From contig NZ_LT934425.1 of NCBI RefSeq assembly GCF_900232105.1, positions 2,760,001 through 2,792,000 on the forward strand: DNA of 32,000 bases, read 5' to 3'. Below the pieces are notes generated by a model, which was not told the origin of the DNA, ran no database searches, and saw only the letters and a list, made by a program, of their open reading frames with translations. Shown here piece by piece: positions 24,169 through 32,000 of this stretch. The DNA comes from Candidatus Kuenenia stuttgartensis (lineage in GTDB: Bacteria; Planctomycetota; Brocadiia; Brocadiales; Brocadiaceae). The position numbers were made by a program, and so were the translations under genes. The first letter of the stretch is position 1; every line of letters begins with the position of its first letter.

Positions 24169-24411
24169 ATGAAAATAAATCCTGCGTTATTTTTCGTTAT
24201 TGCGCTATTTCTGGTTGGGTGTGGTAATGCTCAAAAATATGATAGGCCTTCCGATCAAGGACCCTATTATCCGGAGCACCATTACTCTCCCTACTACCAC
24301 AGTCCTTACTACCATTATTATTCTCCCTATTATTATAGGCATCATCATTACCGGCGGAGTTGCGGTACATTTACGAACACTATTTACGATAATACCGCAG
24401 CTATTTATTAA
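24169..24411 (+). CDS. Small Tyr/His/Pro-rich lipoprotein of unknown function
   Basis: MKINPALFFVIALFLVGCGNAQKYDRPSDQGPYYPEHHYSPYYHSPYYHYYSPYYYRHHHYRRSCGTFTNTIYDNTAAIY; lipobox LVGC. Confidence 0.6.
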   Translation: MKINPALFFVIALFLVGCGNAQKYDRPSDQGPYYPEHHYSPYYHSPYYHYYSPYYYRHHHYRRSCGTFTNTIYDNTAAIY

Positions 24412-24443
24412 CGTTTATAGACTATAACAAGGATGAATATACC

Positions 24444-26270
24444 ATGAAAACAGTTCCCCTCATAAAAAGATGCTCTGCTATTGTCTTTGTTTTAATCATA
24501 TTTCCCCTTATAGCCTTCGGAGAAACCTCTCCGTTTAAATCAGGCGCGACACTTTTAAAAGAACATGTTCCAGCGGGTGAGCTTATCCCTGTTGCAGTTA
24601 ACTTCACAATTGCCCCAAACCACCATATTTACAAGGATCAGGTTAAGATAGAAAGCGGAGATAACACTAGATTCGCGGTGGTTTCCACAGAACTTCCTCC
24701 AGGGGAAATCCGATACGATCAATTTTTTGAGAAAGAAGTAGAAGACTACGTAGGAGAAGTACTGGTAAAGTCATTCCTTCAGGTATCAAAGGATTTACCG
24801 GCCGGTTCGTATAATGTGCAACTCAAGGTACATTATCAGGGATGTTCCGATAAAGTCTGCTTTGCCCCAACGATGGATGAATTTACACTTCCGGTACAGG
24901 TGGAGTTAGCAAAATCGGGCGTTTCTAAAATACAGGAAGAAAAAATCCCGGCCGTTTCAAAACCTGTGGAAAAAGCGGAGGCCACTGGTATCCAAAAGAC
25001 TATCGAGAGCCGTGGAATTTTTGTTTCACTAATTATTATTTTCCTGGCAGGTGTGGGTCTGAGTTTTACTCCGTGCGTGTACCCTATGATACCCATTACC
25101 GTTGCCGTAATTGGCGGACAAGCTGCCGGAGGCCAGGCTACGGCCAGAAGCCCTTTAAGGGCATTTTTCCTCTCACTGATTTATGTCCTGGGCATATCCA
25201 TTGTATACTCAGCAATGGGGGTGGCAGCGGCTTCTACCGGGGCATTGTTTGGTACTGCTCTGCAAAGTCCCTGGGTCATAGGGTTTGTGGTGGCAGTTTT
25301 TGTCGCGCTTGCCATGAGCATGTTTGGGGTATATTACCTGCGGGTGCCATCTTTTATCTCAGATCGGCTTGGAACAAAAACCGGAAAGGGTATTATTGGC
25401 GTTTTTATTATGGGGTTAGTTTCCGGGATTGTTGCTTCGCCATGTATCGGCCCGGCCCTGGCAAGTTTGCTTGTTTACATTGCCAGCACGGGTAATAAAT
25501 TCATGGGGTTCTGGATGTTGTTTGTATTTGCCTGGGGATTGGGCGTGCTTTTGATTGTGTTGGGCACCTTTTCAGGCGCTATAAGGGCCCTCCCGAAATC
25601 GGGAGGCTGGATGGAAACGGTGGAGAGAATCTTCGGTCTCCTTTTAATCGGAGCCGCACTCTATTACCTGAGTTTTATCATCCCGGGAAGCGCCTTCATC
25701 ATCATCCTGAGCGTATTCTTGATTGTTACTGCGGTATTTTCCGGCGGTTTTGACCGGCTGACTCATGAAAGTACTAATTTTCAACGGGCCAAGAGATCCT
25801 TCGGACTTATAGCCTTTATCTTTGGAGCGTACTTTCTTGTGGGACATCTCATGATTAGTGGATTTATTTTGCCTCCCTTCCCGACTACCGTTTCCACTCA
25901 AGCAATCGCACAGGAAAAAATTGATTGGGTTTTAAGTGAGGAAGAAGGACTTAAACAGGCAAAGGACGAGGGTAAGGCGGCAATGATTGATTTCTGGGCG
26001 TCGTGGTGTGCAGCCTGTATGGAGTTTGAAAAACTCACTTATACTGATCCGGAAGTTATCAGGGTATCAAAGAGATTTGTGAATATTAAGATTGATTGTA
26101 CCAATAGTAACGATCCAAAGATTAAACAACTTTGGTATAAGTATGGGATTGTTGGCTTGCCCACCATCGTATTTGTAGGCAGGGATGGAAATGTACTCAG
26201 GGATAAAACTATTACCGGTTTTGTCAATCCCAGGGAATTTCTTAAAGTCATAAAAAATTTGGAACAATAA
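24444..26270 (+). CDS. dsbD: Thiol:disulfide interchange protein DsbD
   Basis: 608 aa; N-terminal YQGCSDKVCFAP, TM core SFTPCVYPMIPITVAVIGG and GIVASPCIGPALASLLVYI, C-terminal thioredoxin FWASWCAACMEFEKLTYTDPEV. Confidence 0.95.
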   Translation: MKTVPLIKRCSAIVFVLIIFPLIAFGETSPFKSGATLLKEHVPAGELIPVAVNFTIAPNHHIYKDQVKIESGDNTRFAVVSTELPPGEIRYDQFFEKEVEDYVGEVLVKSFLQVSKDLPAGSYNVQLKVHYQGCSDKVCFAPTMDEFTLPVQVELAKSGVSKIQEEKIPAVSKPVEKAEATGIQKTIESRGIFVSLIIIFLAGVGLSFTPCVYPMIPITVAVIGGQAAGGQATARSPLRAFFLSLIYVLGISIVYSAMGVAAASTGALFGTALQSPWVIGFVVAVFVALAMSMFGVYYLRVPSFISDRLGTKTGKGIIGVFIMGLVSGIVASPCIGPALASLLVYIASTGNKFMGFWMLFVFAWGLGVLLIVLGTFSGAIRALPKSGGWMETVERIFGLLLIGAALYYLSFIIPGSAFIIILSVFLIVTAVFSGGFDRLTHESTNFQRAKRSFGLIAFIFGAYFLVGHLMISGFILPPFPTTVSTQAIAQEKIDWVLSEEEGLKQAKDEGKAAMIDFWASWCAACMEFEKLTYTDPEVIRVSKRFVNIKIDCTNSNDPKIKQLWYKYGIVGLPTIVFVGRDGNVLRDKTITGFVNPREFLKVIKNLEQ

Positions 26271-26271
26271 A

Positions 26272-26388
26272 ATGAAGCTTAGGAAAAAAATAATTTTACA
26301 ATCTGTAATTACTTGTCCGGATTGTTGATGTCAGAAAGAAGAAACAATGCCTACTGATGCGTGTCAATTGAAAATTGTAAATCAAGAC
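26272..26388 (+). pseudogene. N-terminal remnant of a GDCCVxC-domain small protein, interrupted by TGA
   Basis: MKLRKKIILQSVITCPDC*CQKEETMPTDACQ, then divergence. Confidence 0.55.
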
Positions 26389-26551
26389 TAATATCTTCAA
26401 ATGGTATGAAGGGGATTTTATTCAAAAGGATGAAAAATTGGAAGAGTACATTGCAGGATATTTAAATCCGGAAGATGCAGCATTTATTCGAAATAATAAA
26501 GTAACGATAAAATACCTCGACTACGATTGGGGTTTGAATGAACAGGAATAA
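26381..26551 (+). pseudogene. C-terminal remnant of a DUF547-like protein
   Basis: IKTNIFKWYEGDFIQKDEKLEEYIAGYLNPEDAAFIRNNKVTIKYLDYDWGLNEQE*; the IFKWYxxDF and YDWxLN features recall the DUF547 C-terminus. Confidence 0.55.
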
Positions 26552-26668
26552 GGCGGGATAAAATATCAGGTTTTGAATTGAAGGAATATATCGTCAAAGA
26601 CTGGAAAAGATACAGTCCAAGGAGAAACTTTACAGTCAACAACAAACAAATCCGGAGGAAAAAAAGAA

Positions 26669-27796
26669 ATGAATCCCCTGTTAATGTTGAAAGAATATGG
26701 TCAAAGTGTCTGGTTGGACTACATTCAGCGTGGTCTCATCACGACCGGAGAGTTACGCCGTTTTGTGGAAGAATACGGGTTGGGGGGAGTTACCTCCAAT
26801 CCGGCAATCTTCGAGAAGGCAATCACTGGGAGCGCTGATTATGCGGATATGCTGGATACCCTGCAACAAAAAAAAGATATGGACGCTATGGCAATCTACG
26901 AGTATCTGGCGATACGCGACATTCAGGATGCTGCTGATGTACTGATGCCTGTCTATGAGAAGACTGGCAAACGAGACGGCTATGTCTGCCTGGAGGTCTC
27001 ACCATTTCTGGCCAATGAGACGCAGGGTACTATTGTTGAGGCCAGGCGGCTCTGGAAGGCCGTTGGCCGGCAGAATGTAATGGTCAAGGTACCTGCCACA
27101 TCAGAAGGTATTCCGGCTATCGAACAGCTTATCAGCGAAGGGATCAATGTCAATGTGACGCTGCTCTTTTCCCGGGAAACTTATGAACACGTAACGCAGG
27201 CTTATATCAATGGATTGGAAAAGTTAGCATCCCGCGGCGGTGATGTGAGAACAATCGCCAGTGTGGCCAGCTTCTTTGTTAGCCGCATAGATACACTTTT
27301 AGACTCCATCATTGAGGCCAGAGTTAAAACGTCTGCGCATGCAAACGAACAGGCATTGTTGCAAGGAATCATGGGGAAAGTAGCCATTGCCAACGCCAGG
27401 CTTACCTATCAGCGATATAAAGAGATTTTCCGTGGTGATCGCTGGCAGAAACTTGCCGAAAAAGGGGCACAAACGCAGCGTGTTCTGTGGGCTAGCACAA
27501 GTACCAAGAATCCGAAGTACCGGGACGTGACGTATGTCGAGGAACTCATCGGGCCAGATACGGTAAACACCATGCCATTATCTACAATTGAAGCCTTCCG
27601 GGATCATGGACGTCCCCGTGCGAGTCTTGAAGAAAATATTGTAGCCGCATACGACACGATGAAGACACTTGAGCAGTTAGACATTTCAATGAAAGAATGC
27701 ACCGACAATTTACTCCGGGAGGGGCTACGCCTCTTTGCCGATGCCTTCGGGAAATTGTTAAATGCATTGGATACGAGAGGTATAAAAGGCGCATAG
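26669..27796 (+). CDS. tal: Transaldolase
   Basis: 375 aa; YIQRGLITTGELRRFVEEYGLGGVTSNPAIFEKAI, NVMVKVPATSEGIPAIEQLISEGINVNVTLLFS; GGAGG upstream. Confidence 0.93.
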   Translation: MNPLLMLKEYGQSVWLDYIQRGLITTGELRRFVEEYGLGGVTSNPAIFEKAITGSADYADMLDTLQQKKDMDAMAIYEYLAIRDIQDAADVLMPVYEKTGKRDGYVCLEVSPFLANETQGTIVEARRLWKAVGRQNVMVKVPATSEGIPAIEQLISEGINVNVTLLFSRETYEHVTQAYINGLEKLASRGGDVRTIASVASFFVSRIDTLLDSIIEARVKTSAHANEQALLQGIMGKVAIANARLTYQRYKEIFRGDRWQKLAEKGAQTQRVLWASTSTKNPKYRDVTYVEELIGPDTVNTMPLSTIEAFRDHGRPRASLEENIVAAYDTMKTLEQLDISMKECTDNLLREGLRLFADAFGKLLNALDTRGIKGA

Positions 27797-28011
27797 CGCA
27801 AGGGTCAACCTCCAGGCCCTATACCCTCCCGGATGATCTTCCCGTCAAGGCCAAAACTGCTATCGAAGACTGAAAAATCAATGGGGAAAACCGTGTTTAC
27901 CTGCTATGGGAGGTTGTTGTATGTTTGCATGCCGGGGGTTGCGTAAAAATGTCATTAAGTTAAGGTTACTTGATTAAAAACAACCCCCTTCGCGGGGGAG
28001 TGACGTGTAGT

Positions 28012-28395
28012 GCCAATTTGGCCCGTTTTTCTCAATGGACTCCGAACGTTCAAAAGTTTGTTGAGTACCTGACCGACCGGGAACACTGCAGGGAATAGTG
28101 CTGCTCACTCCGGTATGCCGGTGCGCTGGTCGTTGACCTACATAGTGTTTTGCTGGAAGGTGGAGTTTATTTCTACCCTGAAGATGCAGGGCACGAAGGC
28201 TGGAAGCTGCGCCTGTTGTATGAATGTGCACCACTTGCATTTCTTGTAGAACAGGCCGTAGGCCTCTCCAGCACCGGCACGCGACGGATTCCTGATATTA
28301 AGGCTGAATCTATTCACCAACGGGCACTACTGGTAATCGGCAGTACCGAAGAAGTGTCACTTTATGAGAAGTTCTTTATGAACGGTAGTCCATAA
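28012..28395 (+). pseudogene. C-terminal remnant of fructose-1,6-bisphosphatase class I, with in-frame stop
   Basis: ANLARFSQWTPNVQKFVEYLTDREHCRE*CCSLRYAGALVVDLHSVLLEGGVYFYPEDAGHEGWKLRLLYECAPLAFLVEQAVGLSSTGTRRIPDIKAESIHQRALLVIGSTEEVSLYEKFF. Confidence 0.8.
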
Positions 28396-28455
28396 TATTA
28401 CGCATCAAAAAATAACAAAGCAAAAATTGATCTTAGGCTTAGAGAGGTATGTAAC

Positions 28456-29010
28456 GTGAGAATAGCGGTAAAAGCAATAAAAAAGTATCCATGGTACTTG
28501 AAACCTTTTTTTTGGAATCAAAAAAGGAAATACGGGCAGGTACTCAATCCAGGGTTGATATGGGCAAGGGTGCCCCGTTTATTTGCAACGGTAGCTCTGT
28601 TGTATAGGGCTTTTGATACAAGGCGTTCTCCCTTAACCCCGGTGTTGCGGTCTTTAGTGACCGTTCGGGTTTCACAAATTAATTGGTGTCATTTTTGTGT
28701 CGATATAAATTCGTTCACTTTAGCAAAGCGATGTGGATCGATGGAAAAAGTCAGAGAGCTGGCAACGTGGAGAGAAAGCACGCTTTTTGATGACCTTGAA
28801 AGGGCGGTTTTAGATTACGCAGAGGCAATAACTTATACTGATCGTCAGGTTACTGATGAGCAATTTGAATCATTGAAAAAACATTTTGATGACGAAGCTG
28901 TTGTGGAGATTACCGGGCTAATCGCGTTTCAGAATATGTCCAGTAAATTCAACAGCGCCCTTGACATACCACCACAAGGTTTTTGTTCACCAACGGGGCG
29001 TCGCTGGTAA
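28456..29010 (+). CDS. Carboxymuconolactone decarboxylase/AhpD-like protein
   Basis: 184 aa; LRSLVTVRVSQINWCHFCVDINSFTLAKRC, ERAVLDYAEAITYTDRQVTDEQFESLKKHFDDEAVVEITGLIAFQNMSSKFNSALDIPPQGF; last residues run into an FBPase-like tail. Confidence 0.85.
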   Translation: MRIAVKAIKKYPWYLKPFFWNQKRKYGQVLNPGLIWARVPRLFATVALLYRAFDTRRSPLTPVLRSLVTVRVSQINWCHFCVDINSFTLAKRCGSMEKVRELATWRESTLFDDLERAVLDYAEAITYTDRQVTDEQFESLKKHFDDEAVVEITGLIAFQNMSSKFNSALDIPPQGFCSPTGRRW

Positions 29011-29047
29011 TCGGCAGTACCAAAGAAGTGTAACTTTATGAAGAATT
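28988..29047 (+). pseudogene. Second copy of an FBPase 3'-end fragment
   Basis: CACCAACGGGGCGTCGCTGGTAATCGGCAGTACCAAAGAAGTGTAACTTTATGAAGAATTC is homologous to 28315-28374. Confidence 0.75.
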
Positions 29048-29104
29048 CCCGGCAAAAACAAAATCCGGGATGCATTCTTTTATATTCTTGCTCAGAGTAA
29101 CATC

Positions 29105-29224
29105 TCAATTAATGTATTCAACGCACGGTTGTTGAGTACACGGCTCAATGTTGATTCAGCACCGGGTATAGAATATCTGGAATACCTGACACCAAAAAAC
29201 GGCCGCCCGATGATTAACGAATAA
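29105..29224 (+). pseudogene. C-terminal remnant of a glyoxalase/VOC-family protein
   Basis: [39 protein letters not shown]; PGIEFLEYLxPRDGRP-like VOC motif. Confidence 0.45.
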
Positions 29225-29237
29225 AAAGGAGAAAATT

Positions 29238-31889
29238 ATGAATTCAGAAAAAATGCGCCTTGAAGAAGATAAAAGCGGGGAAAAATCGTGGAAGAAATGG
29301 GGTCCATATGTAACGGAACGCCAGTGGGGAACCGTCAGGGAAGATTATAGTCCTCAGGGTACCGCATGGGAATATGTTTCCCACGATGCCGCACGGAGTA
29401 AGGCATTTCGATGGGGAGAAGAGGGAATCGCCGGTTTTTGTGATGACAGACAAACGATATGCCTTTCCCTTGCCCTCTGGAACGGCCGTGATACAATCCT
29501 GAAAGAACGTTTTTTTGGCCTGACAGGGAACGAAGGGAATCACGGTGAAGACGTGAAAGAATATTATTACTACCTCGATAATACCCCGGTGCATTCTTAT
29601 ATGAAAATGTTGTATAAGTACCCGCAAAAAGAATTCCCCTATACGGAGCTGGTGAATGAAAATCGACGTCGCGGAAGACATAAACCGGAATTTGAACTTA
29701 TTGATACCGGGATATTTGATGAAAATAGGTACTTTGACGTGTTTATCGAGTACGCCAAAGTTTCGCCGGAAGATATCCTGATTCGTTTTACTATTCACAA
29801 TCGGGGACCGGAAGATGCGACCGTATCCATTATACCGCAGTTGTGGTTTCGAAATACCTGGTCATGGGGACTAACAGACTTTAAACCTGAACTGTTTGCG
29901 GTAAATAAAGAAATCATCCGTGTAGAACACGTAGATCTTGGCAGCAGGTGGCTTTATTGTGATGGAGCACCGGAGCTGTTGTTCTGTGAAAATGAGACGA
30001 ATTACCGGCGGTTGTATGGGTTGTCATCTATGGAGGGTTTTTTCAAGGACGGCATTAATGATTATATCGTAAACGGGCATAAGATGGCCATAAATCCTGC
30101 AAAAAAAGGCACCAAAGGAGCGGCACATTACCAGCGCACCATTTCATCAGGTAATGCAACAAGTATTCGTTTAAGATTCTCGGGACATGCCTTGTCCAGC
30201 CCCTTTAAAAAATTTAACAAGATGTTTCAGCAAAGCATTGCGGAAGCGGATGAATTCTACGCGGACCTGCAGTCAGAAATCAAAGAGGAAGATGCAAGGA
30301 ATGTGCAGCGCCAGGCATTTGCCGGCATGCTCTGGTCAAAACAATTTTATTATTTTGATGTGCGCAGATGGTTAACGGGAGACAGCGGGCAGCCCCCACC
30401 GCCTCACGAACGGTTGGATGGACGCAATCATGAATGGGTTCATCTTCACAACGCAGACATTATTTCCATGCCTGATAAATGGGAATTCCCCTGGTATGCC
30501 GCATGGGATCTGGCATTTCATTGTCTGCCACTGGTGTTGGTTGATCCGGAATTTGCCAAAGGGCAGCTTTTACTACTCACCCGCGAATGGTACATGCATC
30601 CCAACGGACAATTGCCAGCCTACGAATGGGCCTTTAGCGATGTGAATCCCCCTGTCCATGCCTGGGCAACGTGGCGTGTCTATAAAATTGATAAAAAAAG
30701 AAATAAGGGGAAAGGGGACATTGATTTCCTGTCACGGGTCTTCCATAAACTTTTGCTCAACTTTACCTGGTGGGTCAACATAAAGGATGAGCATGGTCAT
30801 AACCTATTCCAGGGGGGCTTTCTGGGATTGGACAATATTGGCGTCTTTGACCGAAGTGCGGCATTGCCAACCGGTGGGCATATCGAACAAGCCGATGGAA
30901 CGAGCTGGATGGCTATGTATTGTCTGAATCTCATGCACATTGCCCTTGAATTGTCAATATATAATCCCATCTATCAGGATCTGGCAATCAAGTTTTTCGA
31001 ACACTTCCTCTATATCGCCGCCGCAATGAAAAATCTTGGTAACATTGGCATTAATTTGTGGAATGAGGATGATAAATTTTTTTATGATGTTCTTCATTGC
31101 CCCATAGCAAATCATAGCAAGTGTGATGTCATGCAGTTAAAAGTGCGCTCTATGGTGGGATTAACTCCTCTTTTCGCAGTTGAGACCCTTGAGCCTCACC
31201 TTCTTGAACAGGTCCCGAAGTTTAAGAAGCGGCTCGATTGGTTTCTGGAAAACCGGCCCGACCTGGCAAGTCTGATTTCCCGCTGGACAGAACCCGGTGT
31301 TGGCGAGCGGCGGCTGCTTTCGCTGCTGCGGGGACACCGGATGAAACATCTGCTTAAGCGCATGTTGGATGAAAGTGAGTTTTTGTCTGATTACGGGGTT
31401 CGGGCATTATCCCGTTATCACCTGGAACACCCCTTTGTCTTACATTTTAACGGCAATACATTTTCAGTGTCTTATCAGCCTGCCGAGTCGGACTCAGGTT
31501 TGTTTGGCGGCAATTCCAACTGGCGGGGACCCATTTGGTTTCCCATGAATTTTTTGATTATCGAGTCACTGCAAAAATTCCATCACTATTATGGAGACGA
31601 TTTCAAGATTGAATGCCCGACGGGGTCAGGAAATTTTATGACCATCAATGATGTTGCCAATGAGCTGTCGCGGCGTCTGACCCGAATATTTTTGCAGAAT
31701 AAGGATGGGAATCGTCCTGTATTCGGCTACAGTGAAAAAATTCAAAAAGACCCGCATTTTCGAAATTACCTATTGTTTCATGAGTATTTTCACGGCGATA
31801 CCGGAAGGGGTGCTGGCGCTTCTCATCAAACCGGCTGGACCGGTTTGGTGGCAAAACTGCTGCAACCCAGGGACGTCGGACAACCTTGA
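29238..31889 (+). CDS. GH63/MGH1-like glycoside hydrolase
   Basis: 883 aa; [84 protein letters not shown]. Confidence 0.9.
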   Translation: MNSEKMRLEEDKSGEKSWKKWGPYVTERQWGTVREDYSPQGTAWEYVSHDAARSKAFRWGEEGIAGFCDDRQTICLSLALWNGRDTILKERFFGLTGNEGNHGEDVKEYYYYLDNTPVHSYMKMLYKYPQKEFPYTELVNENRRRGRHKPEFELIDTGIFDENRYFDVFIEYAKVSPEDILIRFTIHNRGPEDATVSIIPQLWFRNTWSWGLTDFKPELFAVNKEIIRVEHVDLGSRWLYCDGAPELLFCENETNYRRLYGLSSMEGFFKDGINDYIVNGHKMAINPAKKGTKGAAHYQRTISSGNATSIRLRFSGHALSSPFKKFNKMFQQSIAEADEFYADLQSEIKEEDARNVQRQAFAGMLWSKQFYYFDVRRWLTGDSGQPPPPHERLDGRNHEWVHLHNADIISMPDKWEFPWYAAWDLAFHCLPLVLVDPEFAKGQLLLLTREWYMHPNGQLPAYEWAFSDVNPPVHAWATWRVYKIDKKRNKGKGDIDFLSRVFHKLLLNFTWWVNIKDEHGHNLFQGGFLGLDNIGVFDRSAALPTGGHIEQADGTSWMAMYCLNLMHIALELSIYNPIYQDLAIKFFEHFLYIAAAMKNLGNIGINLWNEDDKFFYDVLHCPIANHSKCDVMQLKVRSMVGLTPLFAVETLEPHLLEQVPKFKKRLDWFLENRPDLASLISRWTEPGVGERRLLSLLRGHRMKHLLKRMLDESEFLSDYGVRALSRYHLEHPFVLHFNGNTFSVSYQPAESDSGLFGGNSNWRGPIWFPMNFLIIESLQKFHHYYGDDFKIECPTGSGNFMTINDVANELSRRLTRIFLQNKDGNRPVFGYSEKIQKDPHFRNYLLFHEYFHGDTGRGAGASHQTGWTGLVAKLLQPRDVGQP

Positions 31890-31924
31890 TTCTATAGGAA
31901 TCAAAAGAAAGGCAGAGGGATTCA

Positions 31925-32000
31925 ATGAAAGCCATTGCAGTTGTACCGGGTCGGCCAGATTCATTGCATATACGGGAGATACCCAAACCAATGGTGACTG
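31925..32000 (+). CDS. Zinc-dependent alcohol/glucose dehydrogenase-like protein (partial, runs off the right edge)
   Basis: Translation MKAIAVVPGRPDSLHIREIPKPMVT, typical N-terminus of MDR/glucose dehydrogenase proteins. Confidence 0.6.
   Translation, partial: MKAIAVVPGRPDSLHIREIPKPMVT

Noticed and set aside
25073-25495. 140-aa plus-strand ORF in the middle of dsbD
   Set aside because: Alternative frame of a confident DsbD coding sequence; no independent evidence.
26323-26328. In-frame TGA between two cysteines (CPDC*CQKEETMP) considered as selenocysteine
   Set aside because: The reading frame loses family similarity shortly after, no intact protein remains, the position is normally Gly in the family, and no SECIS was identified.

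Overview
AT-moderate bacterial chromosomal window (lineage possibly an anammox/planctomycete-type bacterium; this is inference only). It shows ordinary metabolic and envelope genes embedded in an unusually dense field of small mobile and repeat sequences. Left part (minus strand): a TonB-dependent receptor running off the left edge, a TPR-like lipoprotein, a secreted beta-helix/Ig-like protein, a cyclic-nucleotide-binding protein and a large dCache-HAMP-PAS histidine kinase with an apparently degenerate receiver domain. Middle (plus strand): ECF sigma/anti-sigma pair, a secreted EGKCG-repeat cysteine-rich peptide, gluconate-2-dehydrogenase subunit 3-like protein, GMC oxidoreductase, GH15-like hydrolase, an intact IS4-family element, a VTT membrane protein, a pyridine nucleotide-disulfide oxidoreductase and an IS110/IS1111-like element. 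Right part: DsbD, transaldolase, an AhpD-like protein, a GH63-like hydrolase, the start of a zinc alcohol/glucose dehydrogenase, and a graveyard of gene remnants (GDCCVxC, DUF547, FBPase, VOC). Best hunt results: (1) an IS110-type element inserted exactly inside a palindromic repeat, followed by a structured noncoding region containing short matches to both target flanks (candidate bridge/seekRNA); (2) two families of non-autonomous MITE-like elements with terminal inverted repeats and about 8-bp target duplications, one with an empty-site paralog in the same window; (3) an EGKCG-motif peptide next to an ECF sigma system with no visible DUF692/MNIO partner; (4) a 38-bp duplication of the 5' end of a VTT-family gene flanking a repeat that was itself hit by an IS4 element. 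No rRNA, tRNA or CRISPR array was recognised.
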